The position numbers and the translations under genes were made by a program. Below the pieces are notes generated by a model. That model searched no databases. It saw only the letters and a program-made list of their open reading frames with translations, and was not told where the DNA came from. A stretch of 60,100 bases of DNA, filler included, from Hausera hauseri (lineage: Eukaryota): the NCBI GenBank assembly GCA_046269625.1. It is 10 parts of 10 records of this genome, joined end to end, with 100 filler letters (N's around TTAATTAATTAA, not from the genome) between each part and the next. Parts side by side here need not be neighbours in the genome. Positions count along the whole stretch, not along the records: positions 22,094 to 26,677 come from JBJURY010517793.1; positions 26,778 to 31,932 come from JBJURY010319939.1; positions 32,033 to 38,624 come from JBJURY010083436.1; 7 more parts are not named here. One strand, 5' to 3'. This document shows positions 25,389 to 37,618 of this stretch, piece after piece (the first letter of the stretch is position 1; each line of letters starts with the position of its first letter).

Positions 25389-26259
25389 TGTATAAAAACA
25401 CAGTCCACAACACCTTACATTTAGCAGGGATCGGTACACATGCAGACACAGTACGAAAAAGGCATGATAAACCTATATTGACAAAGCAACTGTTATATAT
25501 TGGGGTGGCCCTTAACGATCTCTCACTATATAACAGTAATTTACTCTTGAATTCGATCAACTTATGCAGATTCGATTTAACGTTCTCGTTAAATGAATGT
25601 GCCAATATGTGATGATTTTAATAATGCGGGTACTGTTTGCCGTATCCTGTGCACGGTTTAATTAATAGTCTTGTACCTATGTAAGTTAGAGTACGATTTT
25701 ATCCTTATTGTTGTCAAACCGGCCTTAAGGGCCGGTGAAAAACTATAGGGAATTTTAAAACCAGAAGAATTTACTACTTACAGTATAATTGACCGATACA
25801 CGTAATAAGTAACACGAATAAATAAACGTCAGATAAATTCGAATACTGAATTGCAAATAGATTTCAAAGCTCAACGATCTTTTACTTCGTCACACTAATA
25901 GCTTCACCAACAGGAATTTTCTACTTTTTACTTTTACAACCGACTCCTAAGTCGATACAAAAAATGTTCTCCTTTGCTATCAGAAACACCGGTTTATATA
26001 ATGCCCGTTCCATGTAGGCGTCATTTTAATTTACATTTTCTACCGACTAAATCTACTGCCACACATTATTTCAGGTTAATGGCATTTATTGGCATTTATT
26101 TGCTAATCAATTTCTAATATGAATACACAGAATAATCTACCGTATGGCATTTACAGAAACCTAAACTATTTATTTACATTTATCAGCTGCTTCTTCCTCA
26201 TGGGCTTGGCTACAGTCGATATCGATCGACTGGCTTTTTCTACAACATTTCTCCTCCCT
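25389..26259 (-). mobile_element. PPT plus complete 3' LTR of family B (25389-26244, 856 bp)
   Basis: Minus strand: PPT AGGGAGGAGAAA (26259-26248), then TGTAGAAAAA...TTTTTATACA (9/10 inverted termini). TATATAAA near 26000. Confidence 0.75.
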
Positions 26260-26677
26260 GAGCGACATCCTCGGATGTGCCCATTGCGTCAGGAGAGGTG
26301 GCGCCGCGTGATCTAGGGTCTCTTAGCCGGTCCATCCTTTCTTGTAGGTCTGATGGGGAGTCTGATCTATCTCGGCTCGTTGAGGGACTGGTTTCAAAAC
26401 AATAACTATAATGAGGTTTTATTCTAACCACTCGAGTATAACTTCCATTTGAATAATATTTTAACTCGGTGGCTTCTGCGCGGCACACTGGGCACGTGGT
26501 TTTCCCGTTATCTAGGGTCCATTTTTCTAAGCAATCCCTGCAATACTTGTGGCGGCAATTCTTATTATCTAATATCACGTACCCTTGTTGCAGGTTTGCT
26601 TCGCATACGGGGCATTCATTTTCTTCCTTACCCCAATCATCTCGATCTAAGTCAACTTGGATTACCACTTCGATTGG
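26240..26677 (-). CDS. C3HC4 RING-finger ORF, 5'-truncated by a spacer; retroelement-borne
   Basis: CPVC-x15-CRHKYCRDC-x12-CPVC. Intronless. The last codons run through the PPT into the LTR. Confidence 0.8.
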   Translation of the reverse strand, partial: PIEVVIQVDLDRDDWGKEENECPVCEANLQQGYVILDNKNCRHKYCRDCLEKWTLDNGKTTCPVCRAEATELKYYSNGSYTRVVRIKPHYSYCFETSPSTSRDRSDSPSDLQERMDRLRDPRSRGATSPDAMGTSEDVAQGGEML

Positions 26678-26777
26678 NNNNNNNNNNNNNNNNNNNNNNN
26701 NNNNNNNNNNNNNNNNNNNNNTTAATTAATTAANNNNNNNNNNNNNNNNNNNNNNNNNNNNNNNNNNNNNNNNNNNN

Positions 26778-27065
26778 ATGTTTGCACATATGCAATCTAT
26801 CATGCGCAACGTGGGTTTGTTGAACAAGAATGTCAACAATGGCATGTCGATGGATTTATTCAAGTCCACCTATCCATTCTTCACCTTTGTCCTGACTCCG
26901 GATTATGACGTTGAACAGACTTAACTACCTCAGAAGGCAAACATAAAAATGGGAGTTCACTTTGCTAAAGCAGTGGAGCAATCTACCGTGATGTATATTT
27001 ACGGTGTATTTAATGCCGCAGTGGAAATAACGAAAAACGGAACCGTCATTGTACAAATAAATAAA
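26778..27065 (+). mobile_element. Polinton/Maverick (adintovirus-like) major capsid protein, C-terminal fragment
   Basis: NNGMSMDLFKSTYPFFTFVLTPD..*LPQKANIKMGVHFAKAVEQSTVMYIYGVFNAAVEITKNGTVI resembles the Maverick MCP end (F.FDLTPD..G.LR.E.HF..AL..T...VYAEF...EI). One in-frame TAA. Confidence 0.75.
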
Positions 27066-27129
27066 ATCCACTGTGTCGTCTCGTTATCTTTTTCGTATTA
27101 CTATGAAGTAATTTATATTGATTACTGTT

Positions 27130-27500
27130 ATGCTTAAATCACATTTTACGTTTAGCTCCACTGAGCCCAATCACTACGGAAAACTGCTCTTGGGTGTGAA
27201 ATTCCGCGGTGTATTTCCACTGAACCGTGTGCCGCGTGACTTACGAAAAAATGGTGGCGGATGTCTCATCGTCAATACACAAAGTTCATCGTTGCCGGGC
27301 GAACTTCGGATTGCTGTGTATGTCCATCCGACCGTCGTCAGAGTATTCGATCCGCTCGGATTTTACTATCCGTCATCGTTAGTTTCTCAAATTGAAACGG
27401 CAATCATTATCATCATACCGTGTTGAATATAATCTATTTCATTATCAACATCCAATGACTATACTGTGTGGATATTACTGCTTATTGTGGCTTACATTAC
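27130..27500 (+). pseudogene. Polinton/Maverick adenain-like cysteine protease, degraded
   Basis: FRGVFPLNRVP..LIVNTQSSSLPGELRIA (GEHW mutated to GELR)..FDPLG..Q..LCGYYCLLW. Lies directly after the capsid fragment. Confidence 0.8.
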
Positions 27501-28267
27501 AATTACTTTTGTGAAAAAACTTTTTCTGTTTTGTGAAATATATTATCTTGCTGTTGATACTTTTGGTTTGTGTAGCAAAATTCCGTTTCGATAACCGATT
27601 AACGGTTTTTGTTGCTTTTGTAAGAAAAAACATAAAACTTTACTTTTTACAGTAATAATAACGATGACTTTCAACAACGATTCTCACCAGATTACAATCG
27701 TCTGATCGTGAAGCACTTATAATATGAAATGCTCAACTAATGATGGGCTACGTGCTCAACTCATTTCCACCACCGTCTGATTTGTGCAAAGGGAAAATTT
27801 TCCCATTTAAAAATTTCCCGTCGGTTTTCCCCATTTCCCCGTGGTCAGACAACGCTGCAACCGTGTCCATTGGTTTCTCCAACATCGATTTACTCCTTGT
27901 ACGCATTTTCTGAGTGCTAGCAACCTGCTTCATGTTATGTGTTGCACATTTTCTCTTTTGCTTCTTTCTCTTCTAGCACCTCTCCCTTGCATTTCTGACA
28001 ACCGCACCTATAATAACTTTTGCTCACATCACCACACGCTATCAATATCACTTGGTCCAAAATCCATTGCTGGACCGCCTTTTCGGCCAAGGAGGGGGGT
28101 CGTGAGAAATTTTTAGTGAAATGATCGTTATAGCCAATCAGGTGGAAAAAAGTGGTTTTTGGACCAATCAGAGAAGTACTGTAGAGAGGACATTTCTACC
28201 TATTTGTAAAACATAAAGAAAATATCAGAAAAATGGACTTGTTATAAATATGAATTAATTATGCTTA

Positions 28268-30276
28268 CAAGTAAAGCTTTAAGGATGTCTCAGATTTTGA
28301 CCAAATTTTGTACAAGGGTGCTAAAATATGCTAAACATGATAGTGACTGTCTTCACTTTCTAAACTCTTGAGATAGTAGTTTTAAAGCTAAAAGTTAAAA
28401 ATGATTTAAAATAATTCAAAGGTAGTCGAAAATTAGAAAAATTCTTTTGTTGAGGATTATTGTTTGAAATACACACACAAGAGACAATCACTTCTCAGTC
28501 AGTTTGGTTCATGAAGGTGACAAAACCTTTCGACAGCAAAATGTTCGAAATAAAGATGTTTATGACAACTGGAACATTGGATGAAGCTAATATTGTCACA
28601 ATTAACTTCCTGCAATGCTCTTCTCGTGCATTAAAGCATACTTCATTTGAGTTTTGTAATATTGGTGGATTGAATTTTTTATATTAATATCATAACCTCC
28701 TTTGTACCATGCATATAAAAGCATTTTCTGAAACAATGGTGACTAAAATTAATTGTAAACTACAGCCTGCATTTTAATTATGAAGTAGTGATTGCTGGGC
28801 TTAACAGACGATTCTTTTGCCAAATATTTTCTTCTTAAAGATTAGAAAATTCTTTTTACCACAATTTTATATTGTCGGAAAAAGTAGATGTCTAGTGGTT
28901 GTGACCATTTCGTGGAGGATTTTAGAAGGAGTTTGGTCACTAGGTTTTCTTGTGCTGATGAAGTTTCCGTTTCATCACTACTAGATTCTATTTCCATTTA
29001 AATATCTACTTCATAACCTAGTACTACATGTTTATGGCCACCCCATGCATCCAGTAAAATAAGTGTTTTCATGTTTGCATTAGTACCGGGTCTGAAACAC
29101 TTTTCCGCCCAAGAATCTACGTGGCATTTTGTTAGCTTTCCTGATGTAGACGCTTCTGCTACCACGAGATTTTTCACTTCTGTGAAAGCCTTTTTGTTCT
29201 GACCCAAATTTTCCATTACGTTCATTGAAGTAAACATACTGGTACTTGCCTAACTTTCCAGACTTTGCCAGAATTACTTGAATAAAATAAGAATGTGAAA
29301 TTGAATTCTCTGGTACCTATTCGCTCATTTGTACGATCGCAAACCATCTCGAACTCAAATTTACTCAAAATCATACTCAACCCTTTCATTAGTACAGTAT
29401 TCATTGATTTCAATTGCCCAATTTTTCTCATCGTCGAGATGGTTTGTGTAACTGAGCAGCCTGATCTCCCCAAATCTCAAAGATGTGACGGGTTTGCCTT
29501 CTATTCTTGCTACGAGAAAATGTTGAAGTACACCATTGCGGATTCGTTGATATTTTTCATGATCACTTGTGGATCCTCTCTGAACATGTCTTTTAATCAC
29601 TTTTACATCGTCTGAAGATAATTTTAGCTGCCTGGCAATGCATGTGGGCGTTTGGTTTGCTTCCAAATCTTCGCGAACTACTTGAATCTGTTTTTCCGTG
29701 TAATGATCAGATACAAAAGCATAGGAAAGCTTTACTTCTTCTTTTCTTCCATAATCTGGATCTGTTGATCTCTTCGTGTCCATTTTGGCAACATTTTCAG
29801 ACATCATTTTACATAAAAATTTGCTAGAACGTACTTCATCCTTTTTCTAGTTCTTCAAACTGACAATCAATACCACCATAAATATATTCCGATAATATCT
29901 GTTTTAAAGCTGAGAAACATGCCTGTTCAGGTGAATAATTAAACGAATCATTCAATGCATATAGAATATTGTTAACGTTGTTTGTCATGTTTGCAAATTA
30001 TTAATGGTTATTAATAAATCATTGAATGGTATTCTCGTGATAAATGCACGTCATAAAGACGCAGAGTGCAATTCCTTTCCCATAATTTATGCTATTATTA
30101 ATTTTTGTTTCGAACATTTTACTGGTGAAAAGTTTTGCCACCTTCATGAAGCAAATTGATTGAGAATTGACTGTCAGTTGTGTGTATTTCTCGAAAGTGG
30201 AGACAGTAACGATCGTTTAGCACCCGTAAACAAAATTTGGTCAAAATCTGAGAGGACATCCTTAAAGCTGTCCTTG
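28268..30276 (-). mobile_element. Tc4/Tc5-type (pogo-related DDE) DNA transposon with ~90-bp TIRs and a decayed transposase at 28700-29810
   Basis: Left TIR caagtaaagctttaaggatgtctcagattttgaccaaattttg matches the reverse complement of 30192-30276. Flanks tta / tga fit TNA. Motifs ASTSGKLTK, LLDAWGGH, SQPLDIYFFRQYK, SLLHN, YAWYKGG. Confidence 0.85.
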
Positions 30277-30464
30277 TGAAACCGGACAATACTTACGATG
30301 CATATCATACATTTCATTAAAGCCGACAGGTTATTTAGTCAATATTTGTAATCAATGTTATCAATTGTTAGTAACAAACTTTATTGTATTTGATGGTATT
30401 AAATACATTGCAAGTATTATGAAAGAGATTAGTGAACAGCAAAATATTAGACGGTTAATTACAG

Positions 30465-31608
30465 AATTTCAAACAACACTATTTTGGTCCAATGCGTTAC
30501 CGGTAATCGGCCATGTACAGTGATAATGATGGATGAATGTGAAACGACTGACGACATCAAAAAAATCTTATCCAACACAATTAATGAAGGAGACATCATT
30601 CTCATCAAAAATCACAGATTGATAACTAAAAGTGAAAAGATTAACGAATCTACGGATGTATTTGACTATGCAGTTGTCCATGATAAATTATCTGATGTAA
30701 ATATGGATAATATAGAATTGGGTAAAGGGTCTTATTCGACTGTTCGTCAATGCCAAATCAAAATTAATGACGAATTAAAAATAATGGCCATGAAAATAAT
30801 TCAAAATGATCCCGAGTTACGAACAATTCTCAACAACGAGATTATGGCAGCATCAAGAATAGGAAAACATAAACATATTGTCGAATATCACAATTTCTAC
30901 AAGGTTGACGACTTTTCCTACATTCTTATGGACAAAATGGTGAAAATAATTATGTGACTTTGTCGATGAATTTCATGTTGTCATTAGGAACCATTGACAA
31001 ATCGATTTAACCAACTAAAGCAAGATGAAATAATTCATTTGTCCAAAGAAGTTCTAATTGGTCTCATGTACCTCCATAATCATTCAGTATTTCATGGAAA
31101 TCTCAAAGGTAAATTGAATTGCCGACTTGTCGAATGCGAATTGATCTTTAGCATCGAATATTTTACTGGCCAATGAAACAGTCAAATTGTCGGATTTTGG
31201 CAGTTCCAAATATGGAATTGTGCAGAATTTTAGACGAGGTAAAATAAAGGAACTTCCTTCTGGTATCGTCAATTGGATGGCTCCAGAATTGATTGACAAA
31301 TCGTCGATTTCTGATAAATATAAATCTGATATTTGGTCGTTTGGGGCTACTTTAATCGAGATTGTGACCGGTGAATAGTTATAAATGGCTGAATGTATTT
31401 ATCGTACTGTTCTGTAGGTGTTCCACCATATCCTGATCTCGAACCATTTGTGATTATTGACAAACTATGTCAGACAAAGAAAATTGAATATGACATTTCA
31501 GTAACATTGAACAAGAACTTGACAGACCTTATCAATTTATGTTTGACTGGAGATAACGACAAACGACCGACAGCACAAAATTTATTGGACAAAGACATTT
31601 ATAAATGA
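30465..31608 (+). CDS. STE-group-like protein kinase domain (probable pseudokinase), spliced; 5' end uncertain
   Basis: GT-AG introns 30940-30987, 31109-31151 and 31371-31417 join LGKGSYSTV, AMK, NE, HGNLKASNILL, KLSDFG, NWMAPE, SDIWSFG, GVPPY and RPTAQNLL into one frame ending at TGA 31606-31608. Confidence 0.88.
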
Positions 31609-32394
31609 ACCATTTCAGTAATCGAGAGAACACATTTTATGAGGCCTTTCATCATAAATAGTTTTAATTTTTAAATATTTTTATACTTTTTCATATATAG
31701 TTATTGATTATTCATTATTAAGGGACATTTTTAGTGAGGCCAAAAACTGGATGCGTTAAAGAATTTTACCTAAAGGAAATCGTATTGGATAAACGTAGCC
31801 AACAAATAATGAAAAACTTATTTTATATGACTAGGTAGATGTGACGACACCGCGTCAAGACCTTCGCGGGCAAGGAAAATTGATGTGGTTCGTGGATGAG
31901 TCATGGGGTAGAAAAAATGATACACACACACGNNNNNNNNNNNNNNNNNNNNNNNNNNNNNNNNNNNNNNNNNNNNTTAATTAATTAANNNNNNNNNNNN
32001 NNNNNNNNNNNNNNNNNNNNNNNNNNNNNNNNGAATATATGATCATTACATGTTGCTAATCTTGCATTGAAATCTTTTCTCACATCTAGACAAATTGCAC
32101 ACGTACTGTACATTTGTGAAATAAAAGACAGAGTAATACAAGTATTGATGTATAATATTGTTTTTATTTATAAGTGTATTTTGAGTTTGACAAACGTCAG
32201 TGAGCATTGAATGATAACTAAAACTCCAAAGTTGCCCCTGGAAATTTATGACACATACGGGCCTCAAAATATTTTATAGCAAATTATTAGTCACACGAAG
32301 TTACGTTCCGTTATTAGAAATGAAGTTGCAGTAGAATTTTGATATATGTATATTTCATATCTATGTATAATATGTATGTATTCCGTAACATTAC

Positions 32395-35071
32395 TTGCAC
32401 AAGCACGATTAACAGCTTCCATCAATGGATACTTCGTTTTATCGACTCTTTCAATGTGCACTTTAATACATGTGCCATCGAATTCCTTTTGAATATATTC
32501 AGCTATTTTCGGAGCAGCCATTCGTTCGGGATCAGAACCACCAATATCTCTGGCAATTCGTCTACCTTCTTCAAATGCCGTTGCAATGGTGACGATTTTT
32601 CACTAATACCAAATACCGATAGACTATCGAGTTTTGTGCTGCGATTTGGCAGATCTTCTCGAATTTCTATCGGCTATTGGGGATATGAATTAATTTTCGT
32701 TAATTAAATTCAAGCACAGAAAAACAGTTGCGATATGAAATTTTAATCAACATGAAAACCTAATAATTATTGGCTGACAACAACCCTTTTTTGGCCGCGA
32801 CCCCATTTGGCTGCCAATTATTTTCCGAAGACCCCTACGCATAACAGTCCACCAAATACACAGAGACAATGTTCTAAGTGCAATGGTGGTGTATTATTAC
32901 AGACCAGACTATACATATATGTGAATGGTTTGTATAGTTGGCAGCAAAGCAGCTTCAAAATAAGCTTTGTCGTAAGTGTTGTCATATGTTTTCCATGTTG
33001 AATTTTTGAATAGTACATATCGTTATGAATTTCGGAAAGAGGAACATTCAAAATGATGTTGTGAGTGATCGAATGTGTCAGTAATGGTCCGAAAAGTTTG
33101 GAAGTGGCGATACAGACGTTCACGAGAATAAACGAGCTGCAACGATAGAAATGTACGTAAGTCATAAAAACGGGGAAAAGTGGCAAAGTTAGGAAAGTGG
33201 GTACCGAATGAGTAATGGAGCAGCAAAATTATTATTTATTTTTAATTTTATTTTAATATTGGATAAATAATAAATACATTTAAAACTTCTTCTGCATCCC
33301 TACTCATCCCTCCCCCCGATTCAAAGAGGATATAGAAATGTAGAAAAAACTATTACAATTATGGAAATCCCATAGTTACAATGCGTCAGTTTCCATAGTT
33401 ACAATGCGCCAGTTTCCATAGTTACAATGCGCCAGTTTCCATAGTTACATTGTGTTGAAAACATTTCTAACTCATCTTTTGTATCAAATTATAGAGTTAA
33501 GACTGTCATTCTCTTCCTCGTCTTCCATACGGTCTAAAATGTTTTAAATTGAGGTTAATGTTTATTCGGATTAAAGCTCGATGATTAATAACGGCAATAT
33601 CCTTAGAACTTCCCAGATTTTATCAAAATTTAATGATCGAACGCATTAAAATTCAAACAAATTCCGACAATGACAAAGTAGCATTCACACACACACACGC
33701 ACACACACACATGCACACACACACGTTCGCTAATACTTTAGATTGAATAAGATTGCAACGTCTTGTCTTCTTAACAAAACTTTATTAAAATAAACTGTTG
33801 CGGCCGTTCGACACTGGCTTTGAAACATATTTTCCGTTTATCATTTGTTTAGTTATGACTAGCCGTCACGGTGCAAAACATTTTATGTCAGTTGGAAAAC
33901 AATTATTGGCAATTTAATGGATTAGAAGACTTTTCCGAATAAAGAAGATGGAATTGGTAGGAAAACGTCAAGTGTAGTTACGATAAACTAAACACTCAAG
34001 GCCGACGAACAGTTGAGTCCTGGAAGTTGAAAGTAGGCGAATTTGTTGACATTTAGAAGGAATTATGAATGGGGTCGGTGAGACTTGGTTACATTGAGCT
34101 TTAGTAATGGGATTTCTTTGTGTTATCCGAATGTGAATATCAGGCGGCCGCAATGTTGGGACTTTTTGCGCCAGGGTGTAAAATGAACTTGATGTTTATT
34201 ATGGAACACAGATCGAAATACAAGAAGGAATAAAATATTTTCTTGTAGAATTGTTAGATATAGTATTGGAAAGTATGCAGGAAATAAAAGTAGTTTTCAA
34301 AATGGATAAAAACTGCACTTTTTCATTATATGCCTTCCTAAGTACCCAGATACAAAGCCATAATAAAAGCCACGACAATGCCCATATTCATACAATACTG
34401 ATGATAATAAAATATAAACACCAAAAACCCACCACGTATGCTCCAAGTATTATATTCAGATGGACATACAAGTCAGTAGACCAACTGTATTGCTTTGGAA
34501 GACTACTCAACTGTCCAAACACCAGAACTGGACGGCGCAATCCGAGTTCCACGACTATATTAATTAACAAATATAATTATTTTGTAGAAACTACCAAAAA
34601 ACATTAAAAAAACCACCAAACATATCAATAAAGGGAATAGTGAAGAAATACCATGGGGGGGGGGTATTGCGCAAGTATTGTTGGCAAAACAATCCAACAA
34701 ACGTAACATTACCCGTCAATTACGTAAAATTCATTTACTTCTTTATTCCGTCATTTGCTGCCTCGTAAATTCGTCGGCTGTCATCTGTATCCTCCGTCAA
34801 CGACTCAGTCGGACTGTAAATCTAGGCAAAGGAGTACTTATCAATATCTGTCAGCATATTACCAAAATTTTCGATGGGTGCTCATCAAATGGCACGACAG
34901 TCAGAGTTGACTGTAATTTTGGATGGTACTAAACGACAAATAGTATGAAATATCGACTGTACAATGAACAGCAAACCTTCTTAAATCGCAACAAACTGCT
35001 TTCGATTTTTGATAATTCGTTTAGGAATCCATTCAAACTGTCATTAATGGCTACGACGCAATCAAATGAAT
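32395..35071 (-). CDS. M17 leucyl aminopeptidase family (W07G4.4-like), N-terminal exons; catalytic 3' exons not seen
   Basis: Exons ~35071-34977, 34928-34863, 34821-34739 (IYSPTESLTEDTDDSRRIYEAANDGIK), ~34556-34425 (approximate) and 32673-32395 (PIEIRED..EGRRIARDIGGSDPERMAAP..YPLMEAVNRAC). One -1 frameshift in the T5 run at ~32596-32600. Confidence 0.8.
33370..33454. repeat. 23-bp tandem repeat x3.5 (intronic)
   Basis: ccatagttacaatgcgYcagttt starts at 33370, 33393, 33416 and 33439. Confidence 0.95.
33686..33724. repeat. (CA)n microsatellite
   Basis: Interrupted CA run. Confidence 0.9.
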
Positions 35072-37381
35072 CTGTATAAATGTCATTAACGACGTTAACA
35101 ATCATCATTTAAAAATTATGGGTATGAAAACTCAGTTAGTGACTTGCCTCATTGAATTTGTGTAAACTTAATTTACTATATAGCATTATCTACTCTCTAA
35201 TGAAAATAAGGGTAGTTTATTCCATTATTTCAATACACAGCGGTTCCAAAATCAAATCGGTAAAATATAAGGTGATCAGCAGAAAACTAAACCCCTATCC
35301 GAAAGTATAAAGGATGAAAATCTGAAGAATGATGAGAAAGTAAATATGTTACGAATTTTGTGTCAGACTACTGAAAAGTAATACAAATTTCGCTTTCTTT
35401 TGGATATACATGGTGTATGAGAAGTAATACCCTTTTGTTCAACCCTCAGATCACTTAATAAAATAATCAACTAAAATAATGAAATAAAAATAATCAAACT
35501 AAAATTATTAGAAATAAATTTTTGAATGTTAGCACAAAAATATCTATATAGTTAGTATAAAATGTCTGAGACACACAGTTTTGCCAACTACATGACAAAA
35601 ATAAATTTGTAATGAAGTTGTATTACCTTTGACCGATTGAGAATTTAACAAAAAAATTTCCTCACAAACCAGCTGTGATATTTCATCTGTTATTCAGAAT
35701 TGCAGCAATTCATATTTATTTTTCAGTGTCAGTTTTATATTCAGCTTCGTTATCATTATTCTTTGTTCATTTGACTTTTGGATTGTGAAAAATATTTCCG
35801 GCACAGTGAGCTTACGTTGGTTGAATTATGTCAATGAAGAGGGCAAAAGTTAATGGATTTCGCATAAAAAATCTACAAATTCAAAGTTCAACTCGTTCAA
35901 TCAATCCGGCTCGGAATTGAATGTTTTGGATTTCTTTGGTAATTTGTCAGTGCATTTGGAGTTTGCTTTTCATTGGTATGATTTTCACGTTAAGTTTACG
36001 GTGGCTGATTGTTGTTGCCAGTTTGATGAATGCATCAAATCTTTATGGTTATATTCGATGAAAATTCGGTAGTAATTCTAATATTCAGAAAGCAGGTAGT
36101 AGTTTGTTTGTGGATAGTTTCGTGTCTCGGATGTTCAATCGTGAAGATGAGCCAAATCCACAGTAAATGTGAAATGGGTTATTTTCTGTTATCAGATTTG
36201 ACGGTTATTCCTTGTTATTTGCTTTATACATTAATAAAATTACATTGCTTTTTGTTGGTGTTTAGTTTTTATGGGCCTACTGATTTTCTCTTTCAACATC
36301 CAGATTTTTAATTTTATTAGTAAAGGGACTTTACGGCAACGTATGACTGTTTGTTTTACGAAGAATAATATACACATGCAGCATTTCATTTTCCAAAGTC
36401 AATATGAAATTTTGTCTACTGAAATATCGCAATTGTATCTTTCGAAAGTGAACTCTTTTGACACTTGTTTAATTTCCACACTTTCTAATGCGCTTGAATG
36501 TTGTGAAATATTCCCTTATTTTTCTATAAATATTTTAATTCTAAGGTGTCTTTGTGTTTCGTCGACATAATACATATCCATCTAATATTTACATTTCATC
36601 ATTCATGTGTAAAACTAATATTTATATAGAAGAAAGAAATATTACTTATGTAATTAGACGAATACATTGTACTTTGACATAACATGAACTACAAACTGGA
36701 AATTCGACCTTAATAAAATATTGATGGAAAAGAGAAACCAAAATTTTATGAAATTCCTTTGCATGTTAGGGAGAAAATTGAACAAGTGCGAATACTGAAA
36801 ATTCAACCATTTTTGTAAGCGATTTTTTTTCATATTTCTGAACATGCTAACTTGGGTGGCAAAACGGAATCCGATAGCTCAGATCTTCCTCTATAATCCA
36901 TAAAAAATTTTGGGTCCAGAATTTTATGGATAAGTCACAAAACCGATTCGAATGTAGGTCTAAAAATTTGTGCAAATTGAAAAATTTTATTATTCACTGT
37001 AGTAGCGGCTGTAACTGTGAAGAAACATGTGATCATTTACTGTAATGATGCTACAATCATGTGTCTAAAACCTCTCGCTACGTAACCTAGGCATCAGTGG
37101 CGTATTTTTGGCTACCTAGACTGCTTAATAATGACTTTCACCATAGGAGCCCCCGCCCATAAATTCACACACTATTAAAGCTCATAGGCCAATGTCGTGC
37201 GAAACTTGATTTCCGAGTTGGTTTCTGAAAATTATGAAATTGACTTTGCTGGTTTCATTATAACGCGTTTCTCAAGGAGATGTCTAGACTACAGTGATCT
37301 CTTTCGCATGTCTTCAAAACTACGGCTGCACATTTTCACTTTGTTCGCGTTTTATTTGTTATATACTCACATTTATTAAAA

Positions 37382-37618
37382 CCTAAATATTCTTGCCACG
37401 TTAAAAGTCATGATGGCGTAGAGAAAATAGTACTGGTAGGTATTGTTCATGGCGCAAGAGGCAAGGGAAGACCAAGACGACGTTGGGTACAAGACATCAA
37501 GGAAATACTGAATATGAACTTGAGGGCGGCGGGTGAGCTGACAAGAGGCAGAGAATCTTTCAGACGGGCTGTGATGAGGGCGACGTTCTGCAGAGGGCAT
37601 GCCACATGATGATGATGA
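37382..37618 (+). mobile_element. RTE-clade LINE 3' end, 5'-truncated
   Basis: KYSCHVKSHDGVEKIVLVGIVHGARGKGRPRRRWVQDIK..RESFRRAV resembles the RTE C-terminus (YFGHV..G...G.R.RGRPR.RW.D.I). The stop runs into a (TGA)4 tail. Confidence 0.85.

Noticed and set aside
25388-25612. ORFs 25388-25612(+) and 25297-25605(-) as genes
   Set aside because: They lie largely inside the 856-bp LTR, and the homologous LTR does not keep the frame.
25718-25736. Histone 3' stem-loop (GGCCCTTAAGGCC / GCTCTTTAAGAGG)
   Set aside because: It does not fit the 6-bp stem and 4-nt loop consensus, and no histone ORF lies upstream.
28130-28172. Paired CCAAT boxes about 30 bp apart as a promoter
   Set aside because: The motifs are present but no gene or TSS can be assigned to them.
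33370-33454. CRISPR-like array
   Set aside because: The units are contiguous with no spacers, and the context is a eukaryotic intron.
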